64,000 bases of DNA from Bacteroidales bacterium (GTDB lineage: Bacteria; Bacteroidota; Bacteroidia; Bacteroidales; UBA932): contig JAFRRA010000005.1 in the NCBI GenBank assembly GCA_017428325.1, positions 126,007 to 190,006 of the forward strand. The letters are read 5' to 3'. The position numbers were made by a program, and so were the translations under genes. The notes under the pieces were generated by a model. That model saw only the letters and a list, made by a program, of their open reading frames with translations. It was not told where the DNA came from and did not search any database. This document shows, piece by piece, positions 1 through 9,946 of the stretch. The number at the start of each line of letters is the position of its first letter. Positions within the stretch are counted from its first letter, which is position 1.

Positions 1-746
1 CCCATCCTTACGGAGTTGCCGATTGTAGGGTCCGGTTCCTGTTTGTAGACAATGGAGTTCAGGGTGTCTGCATAAGTGTTCACCGTACCGTCGAAGAGTA
101 TCTTGTCAAGGTTAAGGGAATTGTATGTGAGTTCGCTCTTTACTCTGTGATAAGGCAAGGTCAGAAGGTTCGGAACCCTGGTCCAGCAGTCGCTGCCGCT
201 AAGTCCGAGCGTAAGGTCTATCTCGCTCTGGGCCGGAATTTCAGTTCCCGGTACCAGCGGCCTTCCGTTGACAGACTGGCCCATAACGCTGTTTGTGGCA
301 ATGTCCGGCACATAGTTGAGCCGTCCGATCTGCAGGTTTGCCGCGTGCAGGTTGCTTTCGGCCTGCCTTAGGGAATAGCCCACAACATCCGGAGCCTTTA
401 CCATCATAGGCACCAGGGAGTTGATGGTTATCAGAATGTTGCGGTTCTTCTTCACGCGGGATCCGGCTGCAGGGGTCTGCTTGAGCACCTGACCTGCGTG
501 CAGCTGCGGAATGTATACTGAGTCGGTGATCTTGATCCTGATATGGTTTTTCTTGGCCACTTTGCGGGCCTCCATAAGGGTCATGTTGGTAAGATCCGGC
601 ACCTCCAGGGTCTTGCCGTGGCGTGTTATTCCCTTAAGCATCCAGAACAGAACCAGCACTGTAACGAAGGCAGCGAGCACTGCCAGTACGAGATGTTTCA
701 ACCACCAGTACTTCGATGTTTTTTCCTGAGTCTTCTTTGTTGCCAT
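1..746 (-). CDS. PASTA domain-containing membrane-anchored protein (3' end runs off the left edge)
   Basis: The minus-strand frame is open from the ATG at 744-746 to position 1. It is absent from the ORF track because it has no stop in the window. My translation, MATKKTQEKTSKYWWLKHLVLAVLAAFVTVLVLFW..., gives an N-terminal TM helix. This is followed by repeated units such as VPDLTNMTLMEARKVAKKNHIRIKI and APDVVGYSLRQAESNLHAANLQIG, which is a PASTA-repeat pattern. Confidence 0.7.
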   Translation of the reverse strand, partial: MATKKTQEKTSKYWWLKHLVLAVLAAFVTVLVLFWMLKGITRHGKTLEVPDLTNMTLMEARKVAKKNHIRIKITDSVYIPQLHAGQVLKQTPAAGSRVKKNRNILITINSLVPMMVKAPDVVGYSLRQAESNLHAANLQIGRLNYVPDIATNSVMGQSVNGRPLVPGTEIPAQSEIDLTLGLSGSDCWTRVPNLLTLPYHRVKSELTYNSLNLDKILFDGTVNTYADTLNSIVYKQEPDPTIGNSVRM

Positions 747-789
747 AACACACAAATATACAAAAAATCCGGCCGCACCCGGTTGTACA

Positions 790-821
790 TAAAACAAAAT
801 GGGCTGACACAATGGTCAGCC
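790..821 (-). terminator. Hairpin terminator downstream of rpmH
   Basis: On the minus strand the stem is GGCTGAC-cattgt-GTCAGCC, followed by CATTTTGTTTT. Confidence 0.5.
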
Positions 822-846
822 GCACTCTCACCTCTTGAAAACAGGT

Positions 847-999
847 TTAGAACCTGTCCTCAGAAGAAACAGTCAATTTTTTTCTTCCTCTGCGACGGCG
901 TGCTGCGAGAACTCTTCTTCCGTTAGGAGTGCTCATTCTCTCTCTGAATCCGTGCTTGTTGCGTCTTTTGCGGATGGAAGGCTGGAATGTACGTTTCAT
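847..999 (-). CDS. rpmH: 50S ribosomal protein L34
   Basis: This 50-aa ORF is below the ORF-track cutoff. It translates as [50 protein letters not shown], the classic L34 sequence. Confidence 0.92.
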   Translation of the reverse strand: MKRTFQPSIRKRRNKHGFRERMSTPNGRRVLAARRRRGRKKLTVSSEDRF

Positions 1000-1035
1000 A
1001 TCTTTAAATCTTTATTATTTTCGACAATTGGGCTG

Positions 1036-1043
1036 CAAATATA
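1036..1043 (-). promoter_or_regulatory. Bacteroidetes -7 promoter box (TATATTTG) for rpmH
   Basis: The reverse complement of caaatata is TATATTTG, matching the TAnnTTTG consensus. It lies about 37 nt upstream of the rpmH ATG. Confidence 0.5.
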
Positions 1044-1076
1044 AGATTTATTTCCCAAACACCAAAAAAATCAGGG

Positions 1077-1727
1077 TCATTTTATAAGGAGGACTTTCTT
1101 TTCCTGGAAATAACTGTCGCTGAACCAGTCTGTTATCTCTTTCTCAAATATCCGGGAATGGCGGATTCTGCATTTTTTTACTGCCTCGGCGATTTCCTCT
1201 TCCAGGTTTCCGCCTTTAAGGTACAGGATGCCTTCCGTGTATTTGCCTTTTACCCAAGGGATGAAGTTTCCCAGTGAGGTTACTGCCCTAGAGACAATAA
1301 GGTCAAACTTTCCCTCTACATCTTCAGCCCTGGAATGGAGGGTCGTAACGTTTTTAAGGTCAATTGAATCTGCGACAGCCTGCGCTACCTTAACTTTCTT
1401 TCCGATGGAATCGACCAGAAGGAATCTGGTTTGCGGATAGAAGATGGCCAGCGGAATTCCCGGGAAACCTCCCCCGCATCCCACGTCCATGACGTTGATG
1501 CCGCCGTCGTTCATCCTGGCTTCAAGACCAGGGAGGAACTCGGCGATGAACTTGGCTATAGCCAGGGAATGGAGAACGTGATGCAGGTAGAAGCAGTCAG
1601 TGTCCTTGCGGCTTATGACATTGATCTTCGTGTTCCAGTCCCTGTATAAAGGGCCAAGCATGGCGATTTGCTCTTTCTGCCTCTGAGAAAGATCCGGAAA
1701 ACACCTGTATATGACCTCTCCGTTCAT
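1077..1727 (-). CDS. rsmG: 16S rRNA (guanine527-N7)-methyltransferase RsmG
   Basis: The 216-aa ORF carries the SAM-binding motif DVGCGGGFPGIPLAI typical of GidB/RsmG. Its ATG overlaps the upstream stop codon (ATGA). Confidence 0.9.
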   Translation of the reverse strand: MNGEVIYRCFPDLSQRQKEQIAMLGPLYRDWNTKINVISRKDTDCFYLHHVLHSLAIAKFIAEFLPGLEARMNDGGINVMDVGCGGGFPGIPLAIFYPQTRFLLVDSIGKKVKVAQAVADSIDLKNVTTLHSRAEDVEGKFDLIVSRAVTSLGNFIPWVKGKYTEGILYLKGGNLEEEIAEAVKKCRIRHSRIFEKEITDWFSDSYFQEKKVLLIK

Positions 1728-2356
1728 TTTTTCTTTGTCCTGGCTGGTGCTTTTTTCTTCCCTTCCGCGGCCTTCTTTGTGCGCTTCTGAGCCAACGGGC
1801 TGTCTTTCAGAGCCTCGGCAAGAAGGTCCTTGCCGCGTTTCACTCTGACCTTGGTGTTTGACAGGGATATACTGAGCTCGTCTGCGATGTCGTCCAGCGC
1901 ATAGCCTTCTATGTAGAGAAGCATCACGTCCTTGTAGATGTCAGGCAGACGGTCGATGGCCCTCATTGTCTTCTCTATCTGCTGGCTTATGATGAGGTTC
2001 TCCTCCGGAGTGTCTGAAGACAGGATACTGGTTACCTCTCCGCTCTCCGGTGAGGCGCTGGTGTCGTTCAGGGAGTTGCGGCTGCGTCGGAGGAAATCCG
2101 TAAGGCAGTTGATGGCAATCCTGTAAAGCCAGGTGGAGAACTTGTACTTCTCGTCATAGGAGTCTATGTTCATGAATGCCTTGTTGAAGGTATCCATACA
2201 TATGTCTTCAACTTCTTCGCTGAGCTCCTTGCGGATCGTGACGAAATTACGCTTGATGAAATTCATCAGCGGGATGTAGTATTTGTCGAAAAGGAGAGTG
2301 AAAGCGAGCTGCTCTCCCTCTTTGGCGTAGCTGATGATCTGACTTACGTCCATCAT
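1724..2356 (-). CDS. RNA polymerase sigma-70 family (ECF-type) factor with Lys-rich C-terminal tail
   Basis: Region 2 (FSTWLYRIAINCLTDFLRR) and the region 4 HTH (DDIADELSISLSNTKVRVKRGKDLL) are present. I set the start at the ATG at 2354-2356 so the gene does not overlap polA. The tail reads QKRTKKAAEGKKKAPARTKKK. Confidence 0.8.
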   Translation of the reverse strand: MMDVSQIISYAKEGEQLAFTLLFDKYYIPLMNFIKRNFVTIRKELSEEVEDICMDTFNKAFMNIDSYDEKYKFSTWLYRIAINCLTDFLRRSRNSLNDTSASPESGEVTSILSSDTPEENLIISQQIEKTMRAIDRLPDIYKDVMLLYIEGYALDDIADELSISLSNTKVRVKRGKDLLAEALKDSPLAQKRTKKAAEGKKKAPARTKKK

Positions 2357-2372
2357 CACATACTCCTTGCTC

Positions 2373-5171
2373 TTAATGCGCTTCAAGCCAGTTTTTGCCA
2401 TATCCACATTCTGCTGTTAGTTTGATTTTCAGACTGATAACACTTTCCATCTCTTCCCGTGCAATCTGCATCACGATGTCTTTTTCCTGTCCGGCGACAT
2501 CGAATACAAGCTCGTCGTGAACCTGGAGGACCATACGGCTGGCAAGATGCTCGGACTCCATCCTTCTGGAGACATTGGCCATAGCGATCTTTATTATGTC
2601 CGCCGCGCTTCCCTGCAGAGGGGCGTTCACGGCATTGCGCTCGTTGAACTTCCTGACGTTGGCATTGCGGGAATTGATGTCCTTGAGATAGCGTCTTCTT
2701 CCGTAAATTGTCTCAACAAACCCTCTGCTTCTGGCCCTTTCCACAGTATCAGCTATGTAGCTGCTGACTCCGGGATACATATTGAAGTAGTTCTCTATGA
2801 ACTTCTTGGCTTCCGAGACTCCGATATCCATTCTTTCTGCGAGGCCGAATGCGGAAATACCGTAGATTATTCCGAAGTTCACAGTCTTTGCCTTCCGTCT
2901 CATCTCGTCCGTTACCTCACCCAGTTCAACACCGAACAGCCTTGCCGCAGTTGCCCTGTGCACGTCTTCTCCACTGTTGAAGGCGGCAATAAGATGCTCG
3001 TCCTGGCTCATATGGGCCATAAGCCTCAGTTCAATCTGGGAATAATCCGCGGAAACGATGTATCCGTTTTCGAAAGACGGGACAAAAGCCTTGCGGATTT
3101 CCCTTCCCCTTTCCGTGCGGATAGGGATGTTCTGCAGGTTAGGGTTGTTGGAAGAAAGCCTTCCTGTAGCGGTAAGTGCCTGGTTGAAAGTTGTGTGCAG
3201 TTTGCCGTCCACAGGACTTATCATTCCAGGAAGTGCATCGATATAGGTGGAAAGAAGTTTCTTGAGGTTGCGGTATTCGAGTATTTCCCCGACAATAGGG
3301 TGGGTTCCGGCAAATGAACGGAGAGTGTTCTCGTCAGTAGGGTAACTTCCCTTAGGGGTCTTCTTGATATCAGGCGATATCTTCAGCTTCTCGAACAGCA
3401 GTTCTCCCACCTGTTTAGGCGACGAGAGGTTGACCTGGATATCGCCGGCAAGTTCCTTTGCCTTGGCCTCTATGCTGTTCATCTGGGATGTCAGGGCCTT
3501 GCTGTAATCCTTGAGCTGGGCCGTGTCTATCTTTATTCCGGCAAGTTCCATCCTGGCCAGAGTGCCAATGAGTGGCATCTCTATCTTTCCGTATAGGTTG
3601 CCGTCTGCCGGAGAAACCTTGGAAACTTCAGACATCAGCCTGTTTTTCAAATAGATATAAAGTATGCTCTCTTTGGCGTCTGCCTCGTCCCTTGCCGGGT
3701 CGTCATCCTGAGGCTGAGAGAACAGGTCCATTTCTTCTGGGGCGTCATACGTTGCCGCAAGGCTTGAAACATCCACTCCGTAATATTGTTTCAGGATGAA
3801 AGATGCCGTATGGCTCATCTCCGGATTGATGAGATAGTGGAGCAGTTCTATGTCGTAAAGCCTGGACTTTGCAAATCCCTCCACAATCTCTTCCCTGCCT
3901 GATTCCAGAGAAGATGCAATGCTTCTGAATGTCTCTTTGAGACCGCACCCGGTCTTGGCTACCGATACATCCTCAAGCAGGCTCAGAACCCCGTTGTCCG
4001 CATCGCCTTTCCAGGCGACTCCGGCCGGTTTCTGCCTGGAGGAGCCTTTGTCCAGAGTTGCCAGAACAATCTTTCCGGAAGGCTGGACCAATATGGACAC
4101 TTCTCCGTTCTGAAACGCAATGCCTTTGAACTCAGCGAAATCCGCAAACCTTACGGAAGGGATTTCCATTTTCTCAGCAGCGGTTTCCTGGTCCGGAACA
4201 TAACTGTTGAAGTAATTGCCGTCCGGCTTGGAATCATCTTCAGGATAGTCGTCAGCAGGCATATCCTCAAAGACAGGCGTCTGTTCAGCCGAGTCAGAAG
4301 AGAATGATGTGATCATTTTCTTCAGCGAGGTGAACTCGTACTTTGAGAACACGCTGTCGACAGCAGAGGCGTCTGCGCCTTTGACCTTAATCTGGTCCAA
4401 TGCCACCGGCAGATCGATATCAGTCTTTATGGTCACCAGGAACCGGCTCATGTCCAAATGGGAGGAAGCCTCCCTTATCTTTTCCTGCTGCTTTGCAGGA
4501 AGATCCTGGATATGGGCCAGAAGGTTGTCAATGTTGCCGTATGTTCCGATCAGCTTCTTTGCTCCGACTTCTCCGATTCCCTTGACACCCGGAACATTGT
4601 CAGAAGCGTCTCCCCAGATTGTCAGAATGTCTACAACTGATTCAGGAGAAGAAATCCCGTAGTAGGCGCAGATTTTTTCCCTGTCTATGATTTCTGGTTC
4701 GGAAGATGATCCTTTGGCAAATTTGTACTGGTATATGTGAGAGTCTATCAGCTGACCGTAATCTTTATCCGGGGTAACCATATACACATCGCAGGAGTCT
4801 GATGCCCACTGCTTTGCCATTGACCCGATAACGTCGTCCGCTTCATATCCCTCCATTCCCAGAGCCGGAATGTTCAGCGCCTTTAGTATTTCTCTCAGCG
4901 GCTCCAGGGCGTCCACAACAAGTTCGGGAGCCGGCGGACGGTTGGCCTTGTATTCCTTATAGACTTTGTGCCTGAAAGTGTCTGCGTGCAGGTCGAAGGC
5001 CACGGCAATATGAGTAGGCTTCTCCTTGGCCAGCAATTCCAGGACCATCTTCGTGAAGCCGTACAGGATAGACGTGTCTATCCCCTTTGAATTAATCAGG
5101 GGATGGCGCATGAATGCATAGTACATCCTGAAAATCTGCGCGTGTCCGTCTATGAGGAATACTTTATCCAT
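2373..5171 (-). CDS. polA: DNA polymerase I
   Basis: The 932-aa ORF has the 5' nuclease N-terminus (VFLIDGHAQIFR) and the polymerase motifs DYSQIELR and QVHDELVF. Confidence 0.95.
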   Translation of the reverse strand: MDKVFLIDGHAQIFRMYYAFMRHPLINSKGIDTSILYGFTKMVLELLAKEKPTHIAVAFDLHADTFRHKVYKEYKANRPPAPELVVDALEPLREILKALNIPALGMEGYEADDVIGSMAKQWASDSCDVYMVTPDKDYGQLIDSHIYQYKFAKGSSSEPEIIDREKICAYYGISSPESVVDILTIWGDASDNVPGVKGIGEVGAKKLIGTYGNIDNLLAHIQDLPAKQQEKIREASSHLDMSRFLVTIKTDIDLPVALDQIKVKGADASAVDSVFSKYEFTSLKKMITSFSSDSAEQTPVFEDMPADDYPEDDSKPDGNYFNSYVPDQETAAEKMEIPSVRFADFAEFKGIAFQNGEVSILVQPSGKIVLATLDKGSSRQKPAGVAWKGDADNGVLSLLEDVSVAKTGCGLKETFRSIASSLESGREEIVEGFAKSRLYDIELLHYLINPEMSHTASFILKQYYGVDVSSLAATYDAPEEMDLFSQPQDDDPARDEADAKESILYIYLKNRLMSEVSKVSPADGNLYGKIEMPLIGTLARMELAGIKIDTAQLKDYSKALTSQMNSIEAKAKELAGDIQVNLSSPKQVGELLFEKLKISPDIKKTPKGSYPTDENTLRSFAGTHPIVGEILEYRNLKKLLSTYIDALPGMISPVDGKLHTTFNQALTATGRLSSNNPNLQNIPIRTERGREIRKAFVPSFENGYIVSADYSQIELRLMAHMSQDEHLIAAFNSGEDVHRATAARLFGVELGEVTDEMRRKAKTVNFGIIYGISAFGLAERMDIGVSEAKKFIENYFNMYPGVSSYIADTVERARSRGFVETIYGRRRYLKDINSRNANVRKFNERNAVNAPLQGSAADIIKIAMANVSRRMESEHLASRMVLQVHDELVFDVAGQEKDIVMQIAREEMESVISLKIKLTAECGYGKNWLEAH

Positions 5172-5614
5172 TACTCATTGTCTGATGCATACCAGGCGGC
5201 GCAACTCTTTTCTGTCTCCCATAGCTTAATGCTGTATAGGGAAAGACCAGAAGGGAGATTCTTTGATATAATGCCGGCGAAATAGATTGCCAGCATCTCG
5301 CTGGTCGGCTGGAAATCAACCAATACCACATTCCCGTAAGCCGATTCAATCTCGGTGGCCAGTGCGGCTCCGCGGCTCATCACCAGAGCGTGGTCGAATC
5401 TGTCTATGATGTTCTGGTTCACAATCCTCTTCAGGTCCGTGAAATCCAGGACCATTCCTTTCTTTGGGGAATCCTCTTCCGAAACAGGTTCTCCGGTCAC
5501 AGTCACTTCCATCCTGTAGGAATGCCCGTGAATGTGGCTGCACTTTCCGTCATAACCCTGCAGGGCGTGTGCGCCCTCAAAGCTGAACTGTCTTGATATT
5601 CTGATTTTTGCCAT
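5171..5614 (-). CDS. queD: 6-carboxy-5,6,7,8-tetrahydropterin synthase (QueD / PTPS family)
   Basis: The sequence FSFEGAHAL...CSHIHGHSY...E matches the PTPS-fold zinc and catalytic motif. I set the start at the ATG at 5612-5614 (MAKIRISRQF). Confidence 0.85.
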   Translation of the reverse strand: MAKIRISRQFSFEGAHALQGYDGKCSHIHGHSYRMEVTVTGEPVSEEDSPKKGMVLDFTDLKRIVNQNIIDRFDHALVMSRGAALATEIESAYGNVVLVDFQPTSEMLAIYFAGIISKNLPSGLSLYSIKLWETEKSCAAWYASDNE

Positions 5615-5618
5615 AGTC

Positions 5619-6395
5619 TTATATGTTCGCAACAAACATCATCTTCTCCTTGTCGAACCTCACGCCTTCCACATCAAACATCTTCTCAATCTTTCCGTTA
5701 GCGATGATGTCGGAGGCTTCTCCGCTTAAGAATCCTTCAGAAGTCATAACCCATAGCCGGCTGCACATCTGCAGCGAAAGCTGGAGATCGTGGGTGGAAA
5801 AGATTATCAACTTTCCGCTTTCCAAGGCGATTTTCTTGAGTAGCCGCGTAATCAGGAACTTGTTTGCCACATCCAGGAATGCCGTCGGTTCATCCAGCAG
5901 GATGATGCGGCTGTCCTGAACCAGCGCTCCTGCAATGGTGGCACGCTGGAATTCCCCGTCGCTGAGGCTGGTGCAATACCTGTCTTCAACGCCTGAAAGA
6001 GCGACCATCTCCAGTGCCTGTCCGATTCTTTTTTCCTCCTCGGAATCAGTCATTCCCAGCCAGTTGGTGCGGAAGTAGGAATTGATGCCCACAAAGTCCC
6101 TGACCTTAAGGTACCCGGCCCTCTGGGAAAGGGGACTTACGAAAGACACCAGGGAACTGATCTCCTTTCTGGAATAGTCCTTCAGAGGTTTTCCCTCGTA
6201 TAATATCTCTCCCTGTCCGGAAGCGTTCCAGATTTCTTCCAGTCCGGCAACCGTGCGAAGCAATGTAGACTTGCCTCTTCCGTTGCTTCCCAGAAGTGCA
6301 ATGAGTAGCCCCTGGTCCTCAACAGCATTGATGCCGGAGAAGATCTCCTTCTCTCCATATCCGAGACACAGGTTGCTGATAGAAAGGAGGGCCAT
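5619..6395 (-). CDS. ABC transporter ATP-binding protein (FecE/BtuD-like)
   Basis: Walker A is GSNGRGKST, the signature motif is LSDGEFQR and Walker B is ILLDEPTAFLD. No permease gene is adjacent. Confidence 0.85.
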   Translation of the reverse strand: MALLSISNLCLGYGEKEIFSGINAVEDQGLLIALLGSNGRGKSTLLRTVAGLEEIWNASGQGEILYEGKPLKDYSRKEISSLVSFVSPLSQRAGYLKVRDFVGINSYFRTNWLGMTDSEEEKRIGQALEMVALSGVEDRYCTSLSDGEFQRATIAGALVQDSRIILLDEPTAFLDVANKFLITRLLKKIALESGKLIIFSTHDLQLSLQMCSRLWVMTSEGFLSGEASDIIANGKIEKMFDVEGVRFDKEKMMFVANI

Positions 6396-6407
6396 TGGTC
6401 CGGAAGA

Positions 6408-6920
6408 TTACTGCTGGCCTGCAGCCAGCTTTATGAATTTGTACAGGTTTTCTCCCCTGAGCCCGATTGCCGCAATCTTTCCCTGAGGATTGAAGACTAC
6501 GGTATATGGAATTCCTCCAAACTTGTAAACGTCAGAAGCTATGTCTCCGGTATTTATGATCTGGGCCCATACCACACCATATTTGGCTGCGGCGGCCTTT
6601 GTGTCTGCAGGCTTGTCCCAAACGGCTATGCTCAAGACAGTTACCTTATCGGCAGGAAGTTCCCTGTAGATCTTTTGCAGGTAAGGGATTTCCTTGATGC
6701 ACCAATGGCACCAGCTTGCCCAGAAATCGGCGACAACCCATTTGCCCTGGCCCACATAATCGCTGAGAGATACCTTGCTTGAAGGATCTGAAGCATCCTG
6801 CACGACTGTGAAGTTGCGGAACATGTCTCCCTCCTTCGGCTTATTGGTCTGGGCGCTGGAGACGGTAATCGAGAACAGCACGATGCATAGAGCCGCTGCA
6901 GCTGTCAAAAACTTTTTCAT
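6408..6920 (-). CDS. TlpA-family thiol:disulfide oxidoreductase (exported thioredoxin fold)
   Basis: The protein has a signal peptide ([24 protein letters not shown]). The active site is WASWCHWC, a CxxC motif. Confidence 0.8.
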   Translation of the reverse strand: MKKFLTAAAALCIVLFSITVSSAQTNKPKEGDMFRNFTVVQDASDPSSKVSLSDYVGQGKWVVADFWASWCHWCIKEIPYLQKIYRELPADKVTVLSIAVWDKPADTKAAAAKYGVVWAQIINTGDIASDVYKFGGIPYTVVFNPQGKIAAIGLRGENLYKFIKLAAGQQ

Positions 6921-8047
6921 ATCTGTTGGTGTTTGAATCGTTCTGCCTGCTCGGCGATGAGGGCCTTGTCGTCAAAGTAGTTTATTTTCATAGCCTTGCG
7001 CACATCATCCATAGTCTGGGCCGCAACCTCGCGGGCCTTGTCGCTGCCCTTCTTGAGCATATTGTAAACTTCAGGGATATCTTTCTCGAATTCCTTGCGC
7101 CTTTCGCGGATTGGGGCCAGTTCCTGCTCCAGGATCTTGCCCAGGAATTTCTTGATCTTTACATCTCCAAGTCCGCCCCTCTGGTAATGGGCCTTCAGTT
7201 CATCCAGGTTGGCGTAGTCCGGAAGATACATTCCGAAATGCTCCTGGCGGCAGAAAGCGTCCAGATAAGTGAACACGGTGTTGCCCTCCAGATGTCCTGG
7301 GTCGTTGATGGAGATATGGAGAGGGTCTGTGTACATGCTCATCACTTTCTTTGCCAGAATGTCCGCAGGCTCTGAAAGATAGATGCAGTTGCCCAGGCTT
7401 TTGCTCATCTTTGCCTTTCCGTCCGTACCCGGAAGCCTGCAGCAGGCGTTGTTGGAAGGCAGCAGAATCTCAGGTTCAACGAGGGTTTCCCCGTAGATGC
7501 TGTTGAATTTGCGGACAATCTCCACTGTCTGCTCAATCATCGGTTTCTGGTCTTCTCCCGCAGGAACGGTAGTGGCCTTAAAAGCCGTGATATCAGCTGC
7601 CTGCGAGATAGGATAGGTGAAGAATCCTACCGGAAGCCCGCTTCCGAACACCTGCTGCTCCTGATCGCTTTCCTTGCTGAAACCCCTCATGGCAATCTCC
7701 GTCTTTACTGTAGGATTTCTCTGAAGACGGGCCACGGTCACAAGGTTCATATAGTAGAACGCAAGCTCGGTCAGCTCAGGAATCATACTTTGGACAAAGA
7801 TTGTGATCTTGTTTGGGTCCAGTCCGACGGACAGGTAGTCCAAAGCCACCTCGATAATGTTCTGACGTACCTTCTCGGGATTGTCAAAATTGTCCGTAAG
7901 CGCCTGGGCGTCCGCTATGAACACAAACATATCCTGATAGTCCATAGCGTTCTGGAGTTCAACCCTGCCTTTGAGTGAACCCACATAGTGTCCGATGTGA
8001 AGACGGCCGGTAGGGCGGTCTCCGGTAAGTATAACTTTCTCTTTCAT
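6917..8047 (-). CDS. trpS: Tryptophan--tRNA ligase
   Basis: The class I motifs HIGH (HIGHYVG) and KMSKS are present. I set the start at the ATG at 8045-8047 ([14 protein letters not shown]) rather than the longer ORF-track start. Confidence 0.9.
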   Translation of the reverse strand: MKEKVILTGDRPTGRLHIGHYVGSLKGRVELQNAMDYQDMFVFIADAQALTDNFDNPEKVRQNIIEVALDYLSVGLDPNKITIFVQSMIPELTELAFYYMNLVTVARLQRNPTVKTEIAMRGFSKESDQEQQVFGSGLPVGFFTYPISQAADITAFKATTVPAGEDQKPMIEQTVEIVRKFNSIYGETLVEPEILLPSNNACCRLPGTDGKAKMSKSLGNCIYLSEPADILAKKVMSMYTDPLHISINDPGHLEGNTVFTYLDAFCRQEHFGMYLPDYANLDELKAHYQRGGLGDVKIKKFLGKILEQELAPIRERRKEFEKDIPEVYNMLKKGSDKAREVAAQTMDDVRKAMKINYFDDKALIAEQAERFKHQQI

Positions 8048-8100
8048 ATTCTCTTTTGCACAACTTTCAAATATATGAAAAATTCGGCGGGAACGGATAA

Positions 8101-8391
8101 TTAGTTGCGGGAATCTATCCAGCACCAGAGTCTCCACATAAGCCATCCCCAGGCAAGGAAAAGTACGATATAAATCCACTTTGGAATGCTTGTCACAATG
8201 CCCTTGTCATTGAGAACCTTGTCAAAGTCAGGGATATCCGCATAGTAGTACGCGCCAGCCCCGAAGTCGTGGGCATCGCTGAGGCCCAGCCTGTCCTTCA
8301 TTATCCACAAGGCACAAAGCAAGACAGCGGCCACCATTACGATGGTCACTGTCTTGATAATAATCTTGCCGCGCCTTGTCTTCATTGTCAT
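8101..8391 (-). CDS. Small two-TM membrane protein, translationally coupled to the upstream transporter
   Basis: The 96-aa ORF has an N-terminal TM helix ([21 protein letters not shown]) and a Trp-rich C-terminal TM helix ([19 protein letters not shown]). Its start overlaps the transporter stop by 4 nt. Confidence 0.5.
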   Translation of the reverse strand: MTMKTRRGKIIIKTVTIVMVAAVLLCALWIMKDRLGLSDAHDFGAGAYYYADIPDFDKVLNDKGIVTSIPKWIYIVLFLAWGWLMWRLWCWIDSRN

Positions 8392-9839
8392 TGCAGGTAC
8401 AGCACGGATGCGGTCTTTGCCGGTGCCGGAGCCGGTGCCTCGACAACCTTAGGCTCTGCCTTCTTTCCGCTGTAGTTGTCCAGCTGAGGAACAGGGAAGA
8501 ACTTTCCGCTCAGAAGCAGCCATACAGCAAGGAATGTAAGCGCTATGTTGAAGAGCTGTCCTATCACATAGAGCCACAGAACCTTTCCGCCCTGCATCTT
8601 CTTGATTATCTGACGGAAATTGGTGTCCAGACCTATGCTGGTGAATGCCAGTACAAAAGCCCAGTTCTTGTACTGGTCCAGAACCTTGTTGATGGCTCCG
8701 ACATTCTCGCTTCCGTATACCGGGAGAATGATGAACGATGCCACAAGCGATGCGGCAAAGAAACCGATTATGAACTTAGGGAAGCGGTACCATATTTCAT
8801 TTGCTCCAACTCTCTGTCCGTGCTGGCGGTCAACTCTGGTTGCAAAGAACAGTGCCACAAAGAAGGCGATGAAACCGATCAGTATGTTCTGGATGCTCTT
8901 TACCAGGACAGCTGCCTGCTCTGCCTCTGCTCCGAGTGCACTTCCCGCGAGTACAACCGCTCCGGTTGAATCCACTGTTCCTCCGATCAGGGAACCTCCC
9001 ATAATCTGGCTCATTCCGGTCCAGCGGATAATCATAGGCTCAAACACCATCATCAGAATCGTGAAGATGATCGAGATGGAGATGGCAAGTGAAAGATCCT
9101 CTTTCTTTGCCTTGGCGGCGGCACCGGTCGCAATGGCGGCTGAAGTTCCGCAAACACTTGTCGCCGAGGCAAGTGTGATCACAAGTGGCTTGTTGTCCAT
9201 CTTGAATATCCTGGTTCCCAGCCACCACATGAATATGATAACGATTGGGGTTACGATCCAGGCTATTCCAAGGCCGTAGAGGCCGAACTTCGCTATATTG
9301 GAGAACAGAACGGAGAATCCCATTATTACCAGACCCGTCTTGATGTAGAACTCGGTCCTTATGGCAGGTTTAAGCCAGTTAGGAATGCCTACGGTATTGG
9401 AAATCAGAAGACCGATGATAAGTGCCCAGAAAGCCCATTCCAGATAGCGGTTGAATGTAAACTCGGCGCTCACGATCCTTACTATAATCGCAAGGATGAA
9501 AAGTCCCAGGAATGCCGGCAGGAACTTTGTGACTTTCTCTCCCTGAAGCTTGATGCCGATGGCAAACAGAAATGCCAGGACAAGGAATGTGCGCGCCAGC
9601 TTTACCCAGAACACGCCGCTCATCTGTGAAATCAGCGAAGCCTTCTCCGGAACATCCTCCCACAGATGCCATTTGGAAAAGTTAAGTGCCGTAAAATCAA
9701 AAGCTTTTGAAAGAACTGCAATGGCTGCAACCACTATCAGCACAACTCCAATCCATACTGCCAGCCAGTCTTCTTTCTTCCATAAATCAGAAAAGGTTGT
9801 CCTGTTGCGGACGACCTCTTTTTTTTGAGTAGGTTCCAT
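8388..9839 (-). CDS. YeiH/UPF0324-type putative sulfate-exporter family transporter
   Basis: The 483-aa polytopic membrane protein carries SATSVCGTSAAIATGAA, which resembles the conserved ICG-SA-A segment of YeiH-family proteins. Confidence 0.7.
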   Translation of the reverse strand: MEPTQKKEVVRNRTTFSDLWKKEDWLAVWIGVVLIVVAAIAVLSKAFDFTALNFSKWHLWEDVPEKASLISQMSGVFWVKLARTFLVLAFLFAIGIKLQGEKVTKFLPAFLGLFILAIIVRIVSAEFTFNRYLEWAFWALIIGLLISNTVGIPNWLKPAIRTEFYIKTGLVIMGFSVLFSNIAKFGLYGLGIAWIVTPIVIIFMWWLGTRIFKMDNKPLVITLASATSVCGTSAAIATGAAAKAKKEDLSLAISISIIFTILMMVFEPMIIRWTGMSQIMGGSLIGGTVDSTGAVVLAGSALGAEAEQAAVLVKSIQNILIGFIAFFVALFFATRVDRQHGQRVGANEIWYRFPKFIIGFFAASLVASFIILPVYGSENVGAINKVLDQYKNWAFVLAFTSIGLDTNFRQIIKKMQGGKVLWLYVIGQLFNIALTFLAVWLLLSGKFFPVPQLDNYSGKKAEPKVVEAPAPAPAKTASVLYLQ

Positions 9840-9904
9840 AGGTTTATACAGTTAAAACAAATTTGCTTCGGTAATAGTAAACCCTTTTACTATAAACACG
9901 AAGA

Positions 9905-9912
9905 CAAATTTA
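9905..9912 (-). promoter_or_regulatory. Candidate -7 box (TAAATTTG) for the transporter operon
   Basis: The reverse complement of caaattta fits TAnnTTTG. It lies about 66 nt upstream of the ATG at 9839. Confidence 0.4.
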
Positions 9913-9946
9913 CAAAAACTTCCCTTTCCAACCAACTCAGTGGCCA

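Noticed and set aside
147-1044. Plus-strand ORFs at the left edge (147-371, 511-729, 543-926, 835-1044).
   Set aside because: They are antisense to the open PASTA-domain frame (1-746) and to rpmH (847-999). Both of those have convincing protein signatures.
2517-3317. A long plus-strand ORF (266 aa) lies inside polA. Comparable antisense ORFs lie at 8620-9279, 10566-11063, 17082-17609, 28111-28647, 34299-35084, 36140-36748, 49003-49653, 52950-53540, 55551-56087 and 59352-59903.
   Set aside because: Each lies fully within, and antisense to, a gene with clear family motifs. Their translations are low-complexity or Arg/Ser/Cys-rich with no recognisable domains. They are typical shadow ORFs of mid-GC coding DNA.
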